A stretch of 64,000 nucleotides of DNA from the NCBI GenBank assembly GCA_951406725.2, contig OX597834.1, positions 38,316,001-38,380,000 of the forward strand, read 5' to 3'. This DNA is from Octopus vulgaris (lineage: Eukaryota). Under the pieces are notes generated by a model. That model was not told where the DNA came from. It was given only the letters and a program-made list of their open reading frames with translations, and ran no database searches. The position numbers and the translations under genes are program-made. This document shows positions 13,102-25,264 of this stretch, piece after piece (the first letter of the stretch is position 1; each line of letters starts with the position of its first letter).

Positions 13102-13664
13102 TCATAGGCTCTGGAACAGGAGGTACAAAGGGTACAAGCGCACGCCCGAAAATTTTGGGAGGGCAATGAATACGCTTTGAACATCCTTGGTTCGACCTGG
13201 AGATTGTGCCCCCAAAGTAAATTTCGTTCCCGCTCTTATGTCCGCAGTATCAAACTTCATTTTCTGTATTGGGAGCATGACCTCGCCAAAACCAACACTT
13301 ATCTTCCAGCAGAAGAACAAGCACAAAACCTTATTGGAGCTAGTCCAGGTCCAAACTTTAACAGATTATTGACTATATCGTGTTCATACTGATAAACCAG
13401 AAAGATTTTCTGCTCACCCCTACAAAGGAGTGAGTTGTGTGTTGAATAGGCTATGTCATGATATTAACAAACACCAGATTATAAGTTCGCCTCTTGTTGC
13501 AATCTCGACAATACCGATATTTGTAAAAACATTTTCTTGAGAAACTGAGTCCATCAAATACTCCTCGTCAGCCCGAAAGCTTGCATGATTAGTTGGCCTT
13601 CATTCAGTTCCATTATCACTGCTGTCAAAACCAACAAACTCAAGGCAAAAAGGATACTGCAAAT

Positions 13665-14085
13665 AGAGAACTGTTAAATTTTCTTAGAAAGTTTTGCTGG
13701 TCTCTTAAATTCGAGAATCACCTTTGCCATTACCACACTGGTTAGAGGGCAGAAAGCTGATCCCTTGAATGTAAAAATATCAGTTATGTTAGGCCGTGTT
13801 CTGGTCCTTGTCCTGTTTAATACCTCCTCTCATCTGTGTAACCGGAAAAAGAAGTGAGAGTCACTATGGACTTACAACTTGACGGAAACCTTTTCACAAT
13901 CAGAAAGCTGCAGGGCATCACCAAGGCTAGACCAAGAAAGGAAATTGAACTACTTATATATTGATAGCTATACTCTAGTAGCCCACACTTCTGAAGCCTT
14001 ACGAATCATTATGTTGACAGCCATAACAGATTTTAAAAGAATAGGCTTGCCAATTAATGCTCAGAAAACTGAGATCACCTTTGAA
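13665..14085 (+). mobile_element. RTE-clade (BovB-like) LINE reverse transcriptase relic
   Basis: LDGNLFTIRKLQG and YIDSYTLVAHTSEAL...RIGLPINAQKTEI resemble the YADD region of RTE RTs; frameshifted. Confidence 0.7.
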
Positions 14086-14208
14086 TAGTACACCGCACCA
14101 CCATCATTTCAGCTCACTTTCCTAATACACTAGAAACAACAGATATAAAGATCGACAGACGGACAGGTAGCTTGATAAATAGGTAGATAGATCGATAGAT
14201 TGATAGAC

Positions 14209-14275
<67 letters not shown>

Positions 14276-14626
14276 TATTTACATGTGTGTGTGTATACAC
14301 TATATATATTTCACACACTCGCACGCACGCACACACACACACACACACACATACACATACGATGGAAGTCAACCCATGACCGATTAAGACAACTTTTTTA
14401 AAATCAAGAGTTCAAGAAGTTCCTGTGTGTGAATTCGTTTTGAGTAAGAGAAGGGTTATGCAGTTCTGAACCCACTTTTGCAGCACAGAGAGCTATAGCA
14501 TCAGAGGCACAACAAGGGTTGAGAAAACAAGAAACCAACTGCGCGAGTTTATCTTTTCCTAGAAGGAAGTTCTAACGAGAACTATGGATCCTTCACTCCC
14601 AGTTGTCAATATACCAGTAGTACATA

Positions 14627-14842
14627 AGGCGGCGAGCTGGTACAGTCGTTAGAACGCTGGGGAAAATGCTTAGCAGCATTTCGTCCGCCTTTATGTTCTG
14701 AGTTTAAATTCCGCTGAGTTCGACTTTGCCTTTTATCCTTTCAGGGTCAATAAAATAAGTATCAGTTGAGCACTGGGGTCAATGCAATTAATTTGGGCCC
14801 TTACCCGAAATTGCTGGCCTTGCGTTAAAATCTGAAACCAAT
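14627..14842 (+). mobile_element. SINE family B, full copy
   Basis: aggcggcgagctgg head, B-box, gccttttatcctttcagggtcaataaaataagt core. Confidence 0.92.
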
Positions 14843-14994
14843 ATACTAATTAACCCATAACTGTGATCCTGATGGATAGACACACGTACCTATCTACGCA
14901 CGCACATACAGTCAGACATATATACATATACATACATACATATATATATATATGTATATATATATATATGTATATATATATATGTATATGTATG

Positions 14995-15088
<94 letters not shown>

Positions 15089-15103
15089 ATATTTATATTA
15101 TGT

Positions 15104-15263
15104 CAGGTCACTTTCGAGTGCTACTGGTAACATGCAACCCAGTACAACCTGTTGCATGATCGGGTCGTCGGCGACTAAACCGGCAATCCCACCAAGCTTG
15201 CTTGGTGAGGAGGGTGTTTATTGGTCACCCTGCGGGATGAAAAACAAAACCCGTCAAAGGGCG
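15104..15263 (+). mobile_element. Probable 5' UTR of an RTE-type LINE, highly structured
   Basis: GC-richer island with an HDV-like fold followed by hairpins caccaagc-tt-gcttggtg and agggtg...caccct; clade assignment is inference. Confidence 0.55.
15106..15183 (+). ncRNA. HDV-like self-cleaving ribozyme relic
   Basis: P1 GGUCA/UGAUC, P2 CCAGU/ACCGG (1 mismatch), L3 containing CC, GG for P1.1, P4 UCG-UCGG-CGA, J4/2 CUAA, all in the correct order. Confidence 0.55.
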
Positions 15264-15531
15264 CACTCACACACACACACACACACAAAATATGAAAATT
15301 ACCTCGCAGAAAAAAACTTAGTGGCCATTGGCATATGAAAAATAAAGATAGAATGGATTAAATACTAGATAAACTCTTGGTTTATTGAAATTACGTGCGT
15401 ACACTCACACTCACACATACACACACAAGCGCACACTTACTACACAAACACACACGCACACACACACACATATACACGCACGCACGCAAGCACACTACAT
15501 GCAGAAATAAAAACAAGAACTGCAAGTTAAA

Positions 15532-15580
<49 letters not shown>

Positions 15581-15582
<2 letters not shown>

Positions 15583-15648
15583 TGGTTGTATACCGTATGG
15601 GAATTCCCATACGGGACTGTCACGTTAAGTTGACGGTATACAACCACT
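15581..15648. mobile_element. 68-bp mini inverted-repeat element with an internal perfect palindrome
   Basis: AGTGGTTGTATACCGT / ACGGTATACAACCACT perfect 16-bp TIR; CCGTATGGGAATTCCCATACGG 22-bp palindrome at 15593-15614. Confidence 0.7.
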
Positions 15649-15953
15649 CTATCCCTCCACCACCGCTCATGTCTCTGAGACATTTAGAAATTTAATATTA
15701 TATATATACACATATACATATATATATATATATATGTATGTATGTATGCACGTATGTATATATATGTATGCACGTATGTATACGTATGTATGTATGTATG
15801 TATTTAGACACATCGTCACACAAACATGAAGTGAAAGAGACAGACAGACAGATATATAGACATATAGGAATTCAATAGGATATAATAAGAAAAATATCTG
15901 TGATACAGAAAGAAGACTAGGTGAATAGGCAGAAGGGCGTATCATAAACACAC

Positions 15954-16010
<57 letters not shown>

Positions 16011-16346
16011 TCACAGCAAATTCAGGTTCACAACACAGCAATAAACGAGCAAAGGGGAAAAAAAAAAAAAAAAAAAGAGAGAAAGAATCTGACTGTCGTA
16101 AGTGAACTAATTTTTTCGAGCTATTTCCTCGCTCCACAGCAGCACCAGAGCCTGCAGCAGTAACCGTTCTAATAATAATCACGCTGAAGAATGTCCATTG
16201 GACTATTCTTGGCACTTCACAACAGTTTCACTAAGTTTTGCTGGAATTAAACTATATTTATCTGTGATACACAGCACATTCGCAGTCAGACCTCAACAAT
16301 TAATCATCTTATCGTATGTAGTGAGATGCAAGTGTGTGTGTGTGTG

Positions 16347-16387
<41 letters not shown>

Positions 16388-16545
16388 CTGTGTGTGTGTG
16401 TGTGCGTGCGCGTGTGAGTGTGGGTACATATAAAGATTCATACATACATAAATGCGATTTCATACAGTTATTACCTAATTTCATTTCATAATCTACTTTA
16501 TAAATTGAGTGTGTGTACCAGTTTCACTGTCTATCTATCTATCTA

Positions 16546-16579
<34 letters not shown>

Positions 16580-17259
16580 TCTCTCTCTCCCCCCTCTCTC
16601 CTCTGTATATATATATATATATATATATGTTTATGTATATATATATATATATGTCTATCCATCTATCTATCTATTTATATATGTATCTATCTATTGGCAC
16701 AGATGTCTGTCTATTCATATATACCTGTCTGACTATACCATCTATCTACATCTATGTTAGCATGCATGTTTGCGCATGTTACTACTGCAGTACACAATAC
16801 ATGCATATATACATACATACATACATACATAAATTCATACATACATACATACATACATATATACGTACATTCATATATTACCCAGTGCATACACATATGG
16901 GTATATATTACATACACACAGACACAGGCACACACAATTACACGTACACGTATTTATCGATATATATACATATATACACACGTGTGTCCGTGTGTGTACG
17001 TACTGAGTAACAGTGGCATTTAAGCAATACTGCCCCTATTCATGACCAGCTACTACACTCTTGGTATATAATATTTAAAAATGAAGCAAAATAAGGTTTC
17101 TTTAATGGTGAACAGTTGGAAGTATTGTTTTAATATGTAAGTCTAAGTCCATATATCATCTGCCTTTACTTCCTACCTCCCCATTTTCTATGAAGTAGTT
17201 GATAGATGACCGAAATAACATCACCACAAACATCTTATCCGTCTATATCAGCCTCCAAG

Positions 17260-17415
17260 TGGCCGTTCGTCTTTCTAGAAGCAGCAGCCAAATCTGCCTT
17301 AAACCAAACATCTTACTATCTTAAAATAAAAGAAAATTTACATGTTCTAGGTTCCCTGCACATAGAAAAAAGACAGGATAGTCATGGTTGTATTTGTCTG
17401 ATGAGGCCTGACATT
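17260..17415 (-). mobile_element. Old dispersed repeat (family D) fragment
   Basis: ctagaagcagcagccaaatct...gacaggatagtcatggttg; related pieces at 22490-22600, 23540-23665, 37950-38110, 55010-55085, 57440-57620. Confidence 0.55.
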
Positions 17416-17606
17416 TGGGAAGAGGTGAAACGACAGTAATAGCCTCAACATTATCATCGTCCGTTTTTAAGTGTTTTTGTTCAGTGTATGTTATCCGAAC
17501 GGTTGTACTTACACAATATTGATTAGCTAAGGCGTAATATTAGTAGTTGTTCCCTAGTTTCTACTTCATCCACATCCAGTAGAACACCCAATCCATCTAC
17601 ACGTTT

Positions 17607-17703
17607 AGGTGGCGAATTGGCAGAGTCGTTCGCGCGTTGGATAGAATGCCTCGCGATATTAGTTCCGATTCTGAGCTCTGTGTTCAAATTTCACCGTGGC
17701 TTT
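17607..17703 (+). mobile_element. SINE family B 5' fragment, truncated next to a SINE A
   Basis: aggtggcgaattggcagagtcgtt...gtgttcaaatttcaccg. Confidence 0.75.
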
Positions 17704-17713
17704 CTTGGATACC

Positions 17714-18101
17714 CTTTTACTTGTTTCAGTCACTTGACTGCGGCCATGCTGGAGCACCGCCTTTAGTCGAGCAACTTGACCCCGGGACTTATTCTTTGTA
17801 AGCCCAGTACTTATTCTATCGGTCTCTTTTTGCCGAACCGCTAAGTGACGGGGACATAAACATTCCAGCATCGGTTGTCAAGCAATGCTAGGGGGACAAA
17901 CACAGACACACAAACACACACACATACATACATATACATACATATATACGACGGGCTTCTTTCAGTTTCCGTCTACCAAATCCACTCACAAGGCTTTGGT
18001 CGGCCCGAGGCTATAGTAGAAGACACTTGCCCAAGGTGCCACGCAGTGGGACTGAACCCGGAACCGTGTGGTTGGTAAACAAGCTACTTACCACACAGCC
18101 A
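17714..18101 (-). mobile_element. SINE family A, near full-length young copy
   Basis: Near-identical reverse complement of the 24385-24780 copy. Confidence 0.96.
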
Positions 18102-18329
18102 GTAGACATAATTTTTTTTTTTCTAGAATAAAAATGTCCCCCAGGTGCCTTTAGCAGAGTCCACTCTGTTGCAAGAATTCCGGTTAGATCTTTGGCTTGA
18201 GAATGGCTTCCTCCCACCCTTCTTCCGACTTGTCAAAGAGGTAATGCGAAGGGCCATGTCCTCCGTTTCTGATCGCGACTAAAATATACATATATATTGA
18301 AGAAAACCAGAATAGTGAGTTAACAAAGC

Positions 18330-18718
18330 AACCTCCATCAGGATAATACTCGGCCACATATAGTGTGCGGATGACATTCCAAAAGGTGGAGCAAATTGAA
18401 TGGGAAACAATGCTCCAACCACCATATTCGCCGGACATTACCCAACCTGATTATCATTTATACCGCAGTCTTCAAAATCATTTGGACGGGAAAGTTATGA
18501 ATTCTGTAGATGAGGTTAGAACAGTACTGGAGGAGTATTTTTCGTCACGGGCAAGTGAATTTTGGAAGAAGGGCCTTGCAAGTCTACCAGATAGATAGAA
18601 GAACATTGTAAAAAAATGAAGGGGATTATATTTTAGATTGAAAAAGAACTATGTTTATCTTAATTTTGAAAAATAAAAGAATTATTTTAAAAAAACGCAT
18701 TTATAGGATGACCCTATA
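18330..18718 (+). mobile_element. Mariner transposase 3' relic with right TIR
   Basis: HQDNTRPH...WETMLQPPYSPDITQPDYHLYRSLQNHL...KGLASLPDR* matches the mariner HDNA/YSPDLAPSDYHLF motifs; ends ...ataggatgaccc-TA. Confidence 0.93.
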
Positions 18719-19472
18719 TATATATATGTATATATCAGAAGTGACTCTAGGTCATCAGAGTCACTCGGGCTCACCACAGATTTCACATACGACACATGCT
18801 AGCTCCACGTTTTCCGCTTTATATCTAGCCCCAGATGGCTTATTTTTTTATATCTACCATTATGTCTTTCACTGTTTCTAAGTTAGGGGTAAAAATAAGG
18901 CAACCCTGTAAAACACAACTGATCATTACACAGAGACGCACATAATAACAGCAGCGGAGTACACAACAAACATCAGCGATCTGACTGTCGGCTATACTCT
19001 TGACAAGAGATAATCAGTTTTTTTTTTACATCTATCAGGCTCGTTCGTATTAGCTTGAGTTGCTGGATGATTTTTCGTTCCTTTAAGAATATTGTAGAAC
19101 GGAAACTTTTCATAGATTGGAATTTCAATCCTAATCTCTATAGAAATTTACTGTTTCACGAAAACATTGAATTTGAATTACTTTTAATTTTTACGACTGT
19201 AAATAACAACTCGGGTCAGGGGCGTGTGAATGATGTCGAGAGAACGTCTGATATTTTTTGACACAGGACACCCCTAAAACGACCACCAGACGCTGAACAA
19301 AAATAAAGGAACTGCGACCAGGCTCAATAAAAGGAGCCCGAGTTATTGGCTTCAATTACATACTTGAAGTCAAGTGTTGGCAGAAATTGAATCAGCTTGC
19401 AAATACACGTTCACTTTATTAAATCTATACTTGAGCTAAACCCGAACAGCGCGGGTGCCGGAGTCGTCACTG

Positions 19473-19520
<48 letters not shown>

Positions 19521-20214
19521 CAGTCCAGACATCGACTATGTCTGTTAGACATAGAGTGTAAGTACATATGTAACGATGTTTCCGGCGATAAACATTTTGT
19601 TGTAATTCTTTACTTAATTTTAACAGGCTCTGGTCGTTAAGAAGCAAGCACCACAATGATTTCATGCATTTTCTTTTTCCTACTGGATTTCCTGTGCTGT
19701 TTGTCTGCGTGTTTATGTTGAACGTTCATGCTTTTCCGTTGTTTGAGACAATTAGTTTTCTTACCCCTTCTATCATCTGTTCTGCTTATTCTGTAACTCA
19801 TATTTCTGTTTCTACCGGGACAGTGCTGGTGGCACAACAGTATAAGTTATTGGGAACAGTATCTATTTTAATCATTCTTTCTCAACTCCCATCCCAACAA
19901 GATATCAACTCTGCCTTTTATCTTGATGCATCGATAAAAAAATATCAAATATCTATTGAATCAACACACATTAAATACAGGGAGACAAAATGTATATAAG
20001 ATGCGTTGTAAATATATTATTTCCATTTGTACATCTAATAATTTGTTCAAATTATAGAGAAACTGGTGCAGGGTGGTTAAAGTCACACATACTTGGTAAT
20101 TTTATACGTGCACCACTATTTCATAAAAAGGCTTCTCTTCTTTTAGAAGAGATTAGTGAAGATTAGTGGTTTAACGGGTGTCGTTAAATCCTATCTCAGA
20201 ATTGTCTCATAATG

Positions 20215-20279
<65 letters not shown>

Positions 20280-20444
20280 ACACACACACTCACACACATA
20301 CGTATACACGAGGCAATTTTGTTTTTAAGGAAGAATATTTACATATAACAAAGAAAATTTACACAGTTACTGGTTATATATTTTATCGACATATTTCATG
20401 CAATGTAGGGCCGACATATCTTCTTGATGTTCTCAAGCAGCGAA

Positions 20445-20690
20445 GAGAAAGCAAGATCAACCTCCTTGATAAGACTAAAAGAAGATGAGAAAATTGTGAT
20501 CAGAAAAAAAAAAGGTTAGAGATAGATGTCAACCGAATATGCCTGGTAGTAAAATGGAAGTCATTAGCCTATATGGGATAAAATTCCGATACATGATGAT
20601 CAAGAAATACAAATGAAATTTCAAAAGGACACTACATATAGAACTAACTGAGGATCCAATCAGTAGTACCGTCACAGAGTTCATCGATTT
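20445..20690 (+). mobile_element. Penelope-like element RT N-terminal relic
   Basis: SLIRLKEDEKIVIRK...DTTY/ELTEDP resembles the L..LK.D..I.I..ADKG...Y..L..DP signature of PLE RTs; heavily disrupted. Confidence 0.5.
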
Positions 20691-20780
20691 AAAAAATCTC
20701 TCAATGAAACTGAACGCACGAACCGATTTCTGTTTCCGATAGAAACTCAGTCACTGTTGCTAATACTACTGAGAGAGGTA

Positions 20781-20965
20781 TGAATTTTGGAAGAAGGGCT
20801 TTGCAAGTCTACCAGATAGATAGAAGAACATTGTAAAAAATGAAGGGGGTTATATTTTAGATTGAAAAAGAACTATGTTTATCTTAATTTTGAAAAATAA
20901 AAGAATTATTTTTTAAAAAACGCATTTATAGGATGACCCTATATATATATATATGTATATATCAG
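20781..20965 (+). repeat. Local duplicate of the mariner 3' end plus flank (copy of 18556-18738)
   Basis: Near-identical, including the premature stop and the post-TIR flank tatatatgtatatatcag. Confidence 0.93.
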
Positions 20966-21045
20966 GAGTAGTTGTGTGGTAAGTAGCTTGTTTACCAACC
21001 ACATGGTTCCGGGTTCAGTCCTACTGCGTGGCACCTTGGGCAAGT
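20963..21045 (+). mobile_element. SINE family A head fragment
   Basis: caggagtagttgtgtggtaagtagcttg...ccttgggcaagt. Confidence 0.9.
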
Positions 21046-21639
21046 CTCATTATGCCATCTTTTGTTTGTCTCTCTGTACACCTAACAAAGAAATCAATTT
21101 TTGGATCCAGAGATTTGTGTAAAGAAGGAAATTAGGACGATTAACATTTACTACCAACTGTTGTCTTCTTTTTGTCTTAACGACAAAAGATCTTGTTCGA
21201 ATAAAAATAGGGTATATTTGTCTTCAATTGAACTATTTACAAAATGTTTAGTTTCTGATAGGGCCATCCTTGTTCAGTAAAAGGTATTCTTTTCAGAGAG
21301 TAGATAAGGGCCAAAACTATGGGAAAACCAGGGCGGCTGCGCATATATATCTTTTTCGGAATAGTGGATCTCGAAGCACACCTAAAACAGCGGTCTTAAC
21401 TTGTGTAAACATAAATACACAGAAATGACATCCTTTTAAAGATTCGTTGAAAACCTTGCAATATTTGTTTCCGTTCTCCACATTCTCTGAGTTTGTAGGT
21501 CTGCTCAATCAGATGTGACAGCTAAAGGCGGAGAGAGGGGCGAGAGAGAGATAGGGGAGGAGGGAGAGAGAGAGGAGGAGAAAGAAAGGAGAAAAGAGAG
21601 AGAGGGAGAGAGAGGGAGCTGCACCAGCATAGTGCTGGT

Positions 21640-21778
21640 ATCCATTTTCAGGAGGGTCGACTGGAACAAGTGAAGGGCCTTGGTCCAGAACACAACTCAT
21701 CACCCGGTGCAGGAATCAAGCCCACCGCCTTACGATCATGAAGTCGACAGCTTCATTACTTGGCTACGCACTTCCACA
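21640..21778 (-). mobile_element. SINE family C head, degraded
   Basis: Reverse complement resembles the tRNA-like head and ttgtgt...caag core of 55141-55467. Confidence 0.55.
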
Positions 21779-22004
21779 CACACACCATCAAACAAAATTA
21801 AAGGAAGAAAACCGAACCAACAATTGAACGTCTACGCCAGTGATTCTCGGCCATTTTTTTTTTTTTTTTTTGCCTATGGACACCTTTGATCCCTATTTTA
21901 CTCCAAATGAGAAGGGGCCTCCTTGCCAATCAATGTCTAAAAGGTCCTTTTATATTTTTTTTAATATTGTAGAAATATATGCCCAGATTATTATTCTTTT
22001 ATTG

Positions 22005-22206
22005 TTTTTACTTGTTTCAGTCATTTTACTGCAGCCATACTGGAGCACCGCCGTTAGTCGAACAAATCAACTCCAGGACTTATACATTGTAAACCCAGTA
22101 CTTATTCTAATCGTTCTCTTTTGGCGAACCGCTAAGTTACGGGGACGTAAGCACACCAGCATCGGTTGTCAAGCGATGGTAGGGGGACAAGCATAGACAC
22201 ACAAAT

Positions 22207-22253
<47 letters not shown>

Positions 22254-22410
22254 CAACGGGCTTCTTTCAGTTTCCGGCTACCAAATCCATTCACAAGGCT
22301 TAAATCGGTCCGGGGCTATAGTTGAAGACACTTGCCCAAGGTGCCACGCAGTGGAACTGAACTCGGGACTTATGTGGTAAGGAAGCAAGCTTCTTACCAC
22401 ACAGCTACAC
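22005..22410 (-). mobile_element. SINE family A, full-length
   Basis: Complete tail, central (CA)(TA) linker and head. Confidence 0.95.
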
Positions 22411-22964
22411 ATCAATTTTAACTACAAAATCTTATATGGACTTCAAGGGCCATATTGACCCCGATTAAGTACCATTAGTCTACACGGTCAATCAACTTCA
22501 TAGAAATAACAGCCATATCTCCATGAAATTACTCCTTACGCTTTTTAACACTATTGACTATAAAACTGTTCGATCATTGCTGACCTTAACCCAACCTAAC
22601 ACGACTCTTGGTAGGGACTAATTGGTAAATCTAAACAGTAAATCATCACAAAGTTATACAAATAGTTTACCCGCCAACTAGCCTGTCAACCCGCCAGACA
22701 ACTTTATCTCTAACACAGACACACACACCAACACACACACTCATAGACACTAACCCCCATACATATACGTACATATATATATATATAGTGATGTTGCTTT
22801 TCGGAGTTTTTCACATAATCCCATTGTGTAGTTGTTTTATTGATATTGTTTGTGAATAAGGGGAAGGATAAGGTGTTTGCTTGCGTTGAGATACGTAGAG
22901 ACAGATTGAGGTATCTGCGAATACACACACATATAATAATATATAAATATATGCATATATACAT

Positions 22965-23375
22965 AGGAGTGGCTGTGTGGTAAGTAGCTTGCTAACCAAC
23001 CACATGGTTCCGGGTTCAGTCCCACTGCGTGGCATCTTGGGCAAGTGTCTTCTGCTATAGCCCCGGGCCGACCAATGCCTTGTGAGTGGATTTGGTAGAC
23101 AGAAACTGAAAGAAGCCTGTCGTATATATGTATATATATATATATGTGTGTGTATGTGTGTGTGTGTGTGTGTTTGTCCCCCTAGCATTGCTTGACAACT
23201 GATGCTGGTGTGTTTACGTCCCCGTCACTTATCGGTTCGGCAAAAGAGACCGATAGAATAAGTACTGGGCTTACAAAGAATAAGTTCTGGGGTCGAGTTG
23301 CTCGACTAAAGGCGGTGCTCCAGCATGGCCGCAGTCAACTGACTGAAACAAGTAAAAGAGTAAAGAGTAAGAGTA
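22965..23375 (+). mobile_element. SINE family A, full-length
   Basis: aggagtggctgtgtggtaag (A-box) ...gggttcagtccc (B-box) ...gactgaaacaagtaaaagagtaaagag tail. Confidence 0.96.
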
Positions 23376-23434
23376 TACCTACATATATATGTATATATAT
23401 ACATAGAGAGAAAGGGAAAAAGAGGTGGGGCGTG

Positions 23435-23510
<76 letters not shown>

Positions 23511-24274
23511 TGCTATTTCAACCTCAGATCTGCCCACCAACGACGGACATGCCGGCCGTGACCATGCCGCCGCTTTCTTTTACGCTTTTAAAACAGTAGA
23601 TTGTAATTTAAGAAATATTCAGCTGCCATTTCTAGCAGGTCCTGCGACCACATAGTCTTCCTCTTTGTATATGCGTGTTTTGTTTTCCCGTAAATCGAGA
23701 TTTTGTACATTCCTTTCTGCATGTCATGAACTTGTGACAGACTGACCTAATTTGATAGCGGATGCTTTTTTATTTATTTATTTTTTTACTTTTTTATTCT
23801 ATTTCTCTCTACTTTTTTCTTATCTCCCTCCCCTTCCTACCTCTTCCTTCTCCTCTCTCTCTCTCTTCTATAAATCACAATCACCATCACCATTATCAAC
23901 ATCATAATTTCATCTACCGACCACTCTCCTCCCCCCCCACACACACACACACAACACACCACATTCATACACATAGCCACAAAAGCGGTGCTAAGTTAAA
24001 GTTTGCTAAGTTCACTTTGCAACCACGTGGTTTTTACCGCACTTTGGGATTGAGCCTAAAACTATAGGGTTGTACGTTCGATCCCTTCTGTGTCACTCCT
24101 CGAGCGTGTGTCTTTCTTCTACCATAGTCTCCGATTGATTAAAATCGTGTAAGGGGTATTTAGTGGACTAAAACTAAACAGTCGCTGTCGATTTCTGTAT
24201 GGGTTTGTCTTGACACATCAACGCTAGTTGAAAAAATAGGGGCAAAACTCGATAGACATATACATATATATAGG

Positions 24275-24340
<66 letters not shown>

Positions 24341-24384
24341 TGTATGTATGTATATGTATGTGTATATATATATATATCTTATTA

Positions 24385-24780
24385 GGCGCAGGAGTGGCTG
24401 TGTGGTAAGTAGCTTGCTAATCAACCACATGGTCCCGGGTTCAGTCCCACTGCGTGGCACCTTGGGCAAGTGTCTTCTACTATAGCCCCGGGCCGACCAA
24501 AGCCTTGTGAGTGGATTTGGTAGATGGAAACTGAAAGAAGCCCGTCGTATATATGTATATATATATATATATGCGTGTGTGTGTCTGTGTTTGTCCCCCT
24601 AGCATTGCTTGACAACCGATGCTGGTGTGTTTATGTCCCCGTCACTTAGCGGTTCGGCAAAAGAGACCGATAGAATAAGTACTGGGCTTACAAAAGAATA
24701 AGTCCCGGGGTCGAGTTGCTCGATTAAAGGCGGTGCTCCAGCATGGCCGCAGTCAAATGACTGAAACAAGTAAAAGAGTA
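24385..24780 (+). mobile_element. SINE family A, full-length reference-like copy
   Basis: ggcgcaggagtggctgtgtggt head, CORE-like ccttgggcaag, central microsatellite, 3' tail. Confidence 0.97.
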
Positions 24781-24879
24781 ATATATATATATAATTAATA
24801 ATATCAGGGTAATAAAAATTTTAGAAATAGCGAATAGAGAAATTAGTCAATAGACTATATATTATTCATATAAATACAG

Positions 24880-25092
24880 TGTACATTTAAACACATAAGA
24901 GATATCTGTCATAGGATTCCTGGCACGCTAGAAGGGACAGCTAAAAGCCAAACCATTCTTAGGGATAAACTTCGAAGGGAAGTTTTTATTTTTCATTCCC
25001 TTCGAAGTTTATCTCTAATAGAGGTTTGGATTTTTGCTGTTTCCTTCTAGCGTGCCAGGAATCCTATGACGGATACCTCTTATGTGTTCAAA

Positions 25093-25098
<6 letters not shown>
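24880..25098. repeat. Long inverted repeat (~102-bp arms, 14-nt loop)
   Basis: Arms 24880-24981 and 24996-25098, roughly 85-90% complementary, with a perfect 28-bp stretch. Confidence 0.95.
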
Positions 25099-25150
<52 letters not shown>

Positions 25151-25264
25151 ATTTGGGGGATGGTCATGTTGCCAGATATATATAAATGGAACAAAAACGC
25201 AATAGAGGATATATATATATATATATATATTTATTTATTTATTTATTTATTTATATATTTAACG

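Noticed and set aside
17398-17445. CUGAUGA...GAAAC...GUA hammerhead-like string
   Set aside because: Extra base before stem II, 2-bp stem III and wobble-rich stem I; overlaps a decayed family D repeat, so likely chance.
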